From: Hydrurus foetidus
Lineage: Eukaryota
Reading direction: 5' to 3'
Assembly (NCBI GenBank): GCA_900617105.1
Contig: UYFQ01000006.1
Location: 434,001 to 498,000 of the forward strand
DNA: 64,000 nt
Below are positions 59,783-64,000 of the stretch, piece after piece. The position numbers and the translations under genes were made by a program. The notes beneath the pieces are model-generated. The model saw only the letters and a program-made list of their open reading frames with translations, was not told the origin of the DNA and ran no database searches. How positions within the stretch are numbered: the first letter of the stretch is position 1; each line of letters begins with the position of its first letter.

Positions 59783-59843
59783 CGGCAAACCTTCTAAGGC
59801 GAATTCAAGAAACGGCGCGCATCACCCCGGCGCCTTGGTGGGC

Positions 59844-59955
59844 TCAAGCAGCTTCAGCTTCTGTCAGCGCAGGTTCTTTGTAAAACACGGCCCGCTTCAA
59901 GCTGCGCCCGGCCACCGGAGCCACAGCCTCGCCAATCGCCGCGATGTGCTCCGGC

Positions 59956-59989
<34 letters not shown>

Positions 59990-60911
59990 AGCCTTCCGAG
60001 GCAAACTCGTGCAGCAGGCGTGAGGTGACATCGGGCGTTTCGTCAAAACCAGTGTCGCTCATCGGATTGGGCAAACCGGCATTGGGGTAGCAGCTGATGA
60101 AAGTATCCCCGGCCACGCGACTCAGCTCTTGGATATATGGGCGCATCAGTGCCGCCCCCAAAGCGCAGTTCAGGCCGATGGCGAGCGGGCGGGCGTGGCG
60201 CACACTGTTCCAAAAGGCCGTCACAGTCTGGCCGCTCAAAATGCGGCCCGACGCGTCCGTCACCGTGCCACTGATGATGAGCGGCAGGCGCTCGCCCGAA
60301 TGCTCAAAGTACTCGTCGATGGCAAACAGCGCGGCTTTGGCGTTCAGCGTGTCAAAAATCGTCTCGACCAGCAGCACGTCAGAGCCGCCTTCCACCAGGG
60401 CTTTAGTCTGGTCATAGTAGGCAGCACGCAAGGCCTCAAAACTGGTGTTACGCGCACCGGCATCGTTCACATCGGGGCTGATGCTGGCGGTTTTGGGTGT
60501 GGGGCCAAGAGCCCCGGCGACGAAGCGGGGCTTGCCCGGTGTCGAATACTTGTCGCAGGCAGCGCGGGCCAGCTTGGCCGAGGCGAGGTTCATCTCGATG
60601 GCCAAATCGGCCATGTCGTAGTCGTCTTGGGCGACGGTGGTCGCGCCGAAGGTGTTGGTTTCGATCAAGTCGGCCCCAGCGGCGAGGTAGCGCTCATGGA
60701 TGTCGGTGATCACATCAGGGCGGGTGATCGACAGCAACTCGTTGTTGCCTTTCACGTCTTTGTGGAAATCCTTGAAGCGCTCGCCCCGGTACTGGGCTTC
60801 GGACAGCTTGAAACGCTGCACCATCGTGCCCATCGCGCCATCGAGGATGGCGATGCGCTGGGCCAAGATGGCCGGGAGGGACTGGGCACGGGTGTAGATG
60901 AGGTCTTTCAT
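59844..60911 (-). CDS. metH: Methionine synthase homocysteine-binding part (split MetH)
   Basis: LDGAMGT, ETNTF, GLNCALG, GGCCGTT. Confidence 0.95.
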
Positions 60912-61003
60912 AGCGTTCCATTGTAGGAACTTGAGAATCGATTTTTTACCCGGACAATAGCGCCTTGTGCCCGCGTAGCAGTGTGCGGCCTTATTTTCGC
61001 AAA

Positions 61004-61058
61004 CAAAAAGGCCCTTACAGCACACCAGATGTGCTTCAAAAGCTACTTTATTCATAGC
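61004..61058 (-). repeat. Dispersed 55-bp element copy (intergenic, best preserved)
   Basis: GCTATGAATAAAGTAGC head, AGCA-N9-TGCT, GGGCCTTTTTG ending at +38. Confidence 0.7.
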
Positions 61059-61078
61059 AACCCACTGCATTCATCGCA

Positions 61079-63001
61079 GTGCCCGTACCGACCGAGATTC
61101 ACGCTTTGACACCTCTTTCCATCCTCAGTGAGGTCTTCGGTTACGACAGCTTTCGCGGCCCGCAGCAGGCCATCGTCGAGCATGTGTGCGCAGGCGGTGA
61201 CGCGCTGGTGCTGATGCCCACGGGTGGTGGCAAATCGCTGTGCTACCAAATCCCCGCCATCGCCCGCCAGCACGCCGGCCACGGCGTGACGGTGGTGATC
61301 TCGCCGCTGATCGCGCTGATGCAAGACCAAGTGGGTGCGCTGCATGAGGCCGGCGTTGAGGCGGCTTTCCTCAACTCCACCCTCAGCTTTGAGGAGGCCA
61401 GCGCGGTTGAAAAACGCATGTTGCGCGGCGACATCACCCTGCTCTACGCCGCCCCCGAGCGTGTCACCACTGCCCGCTTCCTGGCCCAGCTCGATTCGCT
61501 GTTTGAGCGCGGCAAACTCAGCCTCTTTGCCATCGACGAAGCCCATTGCGTGAGCCAGTGGGGCCACGATTTCCGCCCTGAGTACCGGGCGCTGACGGTG
61601 CTGCACGAACGCTATGCCGGTGTGCCGCGCATCGCCCTCACCGCCACGGCAGACGCGCTGACGCGGGCCGACATCCTAGAGCGCTTGCAGCTCGAAGCCT
61701 CAGAGCAGTTCGTCAGCAGTTTCGATCGCCCCAACATCCGCTACACCATCGTCGAGAAAAAAGAAGCGACGCAACAGCTTTTGCGCTTCATCCAGAACGA
61801 ACACGAGGGCGACGCGGGCATCGTCTACTGCCAATCGCGCAAACGGGTGGAAGACATCGCCGAAACACTGAGCGCCCAGGGCATCAACGCCCTGCCTTAC
61901 CACGCCGGTTTGGATCAAAAAGTCCGCCAAAACAACCAAAACCGCTTCCTCCGGCAAGACGGGGAGGAAAGCGCCATCGTGATGGTCGCCACCATCGCCT
62001 TCGGTATGGGCATCGACAAGCCCGACGTGCGCTTTGTTGCTCACCTGGACATGCCCAAAAACATCGAAGGCTACTACCAAGAAACAGGCCGCGCAGGCCG
62101 CGACGGCGCCGCCGCCCAAGCCTGGATGACCTACGGCCTGCAAGACGTGGTGAACCAGCGCCGCATGATTGACGAAAGTCCTGCGGGCGAAGAATTCAAG
62201 CAGGTGATGCGTGGCAAACTGGACGCGCTGTTGGGCTTGGCTGAGGCCAGCGACTGCCGCCGGGTGCGTCTGCTGGGCTATTTTGGCGAAACCTCAACGC
62301 CCTGCGGTAACTGTGACAACTGCCTGCAGCCGCCCAACGTGTGGGATGCGACAGAAACCGCCCGCAAACTGCTGTCCACCATCTACCGCGTGCAGCAAAT
62401 GAGCAGCATCAGCTTTGGCGCAGGCCATTTGATGGACATCGTGCGCGGCAAACGCACCGAAAGAATGACCCAGTTCGGCCACACCGAGATCAGCACGTTT
62501 GGCCTGTGCGCCCAGCACAGCGAAGCCGAGTTGCGCGGCGTCTTCCGCCAGCTCATCGCCATCGGGGCTGTCAACGTCAATGCCGAGGCGTACAACACGC
62601 TGCAATTGACCGAAGCTTCACGCGCCGTGCTGAAGGGCGAGGTGCCGATCATGCTGCGCGAATCCACATCCAGCACCAACGCCGCTGACCGTAAAAGCAA
62701 AGGCAGTACAAACAGCAAGCGCGACAAATCCAGCACCGCCAAACCCGTCGCAGCCGCCATCGCCGCCGCCTTGGATGCAGCAGGCCAAGCCCGCTTCGCC
62801 GCCCTCAAAGCCTGGCGCGGCGAAGTCGCCCGCGAACACAACCTGCCCGCCTACGTGATCTTCCACGATGCGACCTTGGCCGCTATTGCCACTATCGCCC
62901 CGCAAACCTTAAGCGACTTGCAGGGCGTGAGCGGGATTGGCGCGAAAAAACTGGAAGCGTATGGGGCGGAGGTCGTGCGGGTGTGCGAGGGCGTGAGTTA
63001 G
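61079..63001 (+). CDS. recQ: DNA helicase RecQ
   Basis: MPTGGGKS, DEAH, QETGRAGRDG, RQC zinc motif, HRDC domain. Confidence 0.97.
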   Translation: MPVPTEIHALTPLSILSEVFGYDSFRGPQQAIVEHVCAGGDALVLMPTGGGKSLCYQIPAIARQHAGHGVTVVISPLIALMQDQVGALHEAGVEAAFLNSTLSFEEASAVEKRMLRGDITLLYAAPERVTTARFLAQLDSLFERGKLSLFAIDEAHCVSQWGHDFRPEYRALTVLHERYAGVPRIALTATADALTRADILERLQLEASEQFVSSFDRPNIRYTIVEKKEATQQLLRFIQNEHEGDAGIVYCQSRKRVEDIAETLSAQGINALPYHAGLDQKVRQNNQNRFLRQDGEESAIVMVATIAFGMGIDKPDVRFVAHLDMPKNIEGYYQETGRAGRDGAAAQAWMTYGLQDVVNQRRMIDESPAGEEFKQVMRGKLDALLGLAEASDCRRVRLLGYFGETSTPCGNCDNCLQPPNVWDATETARKLLSTIYRVQQMSSISFGAGHLMDIVRGKRTERMTQFGHTEISTFGLCAQHSEAELRGVFRQLIAIGAVNVNAEAYNTLQLTEASRAVLKGEVPIMLRESTSSTNAADRKSKGSTNSKRDKSSTAKPVAAAIAAALDAAGQARFAALKAWRGEVAREHNLPAYVIFHDATLAAIATIAPQTLSDLQGVSGIGAKKLEAYGAEVVRVCEGVS

Positions 63002-63024
63002 CCGAAGTTAACTCACGCGAGCCA

Positions 63025-64000
<976 letters not shown>

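Noticed and set aside
52583..60911. metH as a disrupted pseudogene
   Set aside because: Both halves are intact, split at a domain boundary, and have their own starts

Overview
64-kb chromosomal window from a GC-rich betaproteobacterium, probably Comamonadaceae (Rhodoferax/Polaromonas-like; inferred from gene content and order). It runs from the 3' end of gatB to the 3' part of gyrB. The backbone is housekeeping: pyrE, xth, ampG, waaF, ilvE, radA, alr, lplT, glcEF, TorF-glnK-amtB with sigma54/NtrC sites, comM, a split metH with an SAH riboswitch, and recQ. It also carries a homoprotocatechuate (hpa) meta-cleavage operon and small catabolic clusters. Accessory elements: (1) a HigB / HigA-ImmA cassette followed by a candidate antisense sRNA and two microproteins absent from the ORF track, one ending in a beta-clamp-like motif (QMELF); (2) vapBC; (3) a decayed defence islet before radA (YhcG stub, DUF4160/DUF2442, type III Res stub); (4) a translationally coupled pair of STAND-like ATPases inserted inside the hpa operon with its own operator array; (5) a CHASE2-cyclase/FecR/OmpA/cNMP-receptor module between the metH halves. 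A dispersed ~55-bp AT-rich element with a 17-bp quasi-palindromic head (GCTMY-N7-RKAGC) occurs about 12 times, mostly inside coding sequences, where it appears to add or reshape peptide segments. No rRNA, tRNA, CRISPR array, integrase or transposase was seen. All calls come from reading the sequence; no database searches were run.
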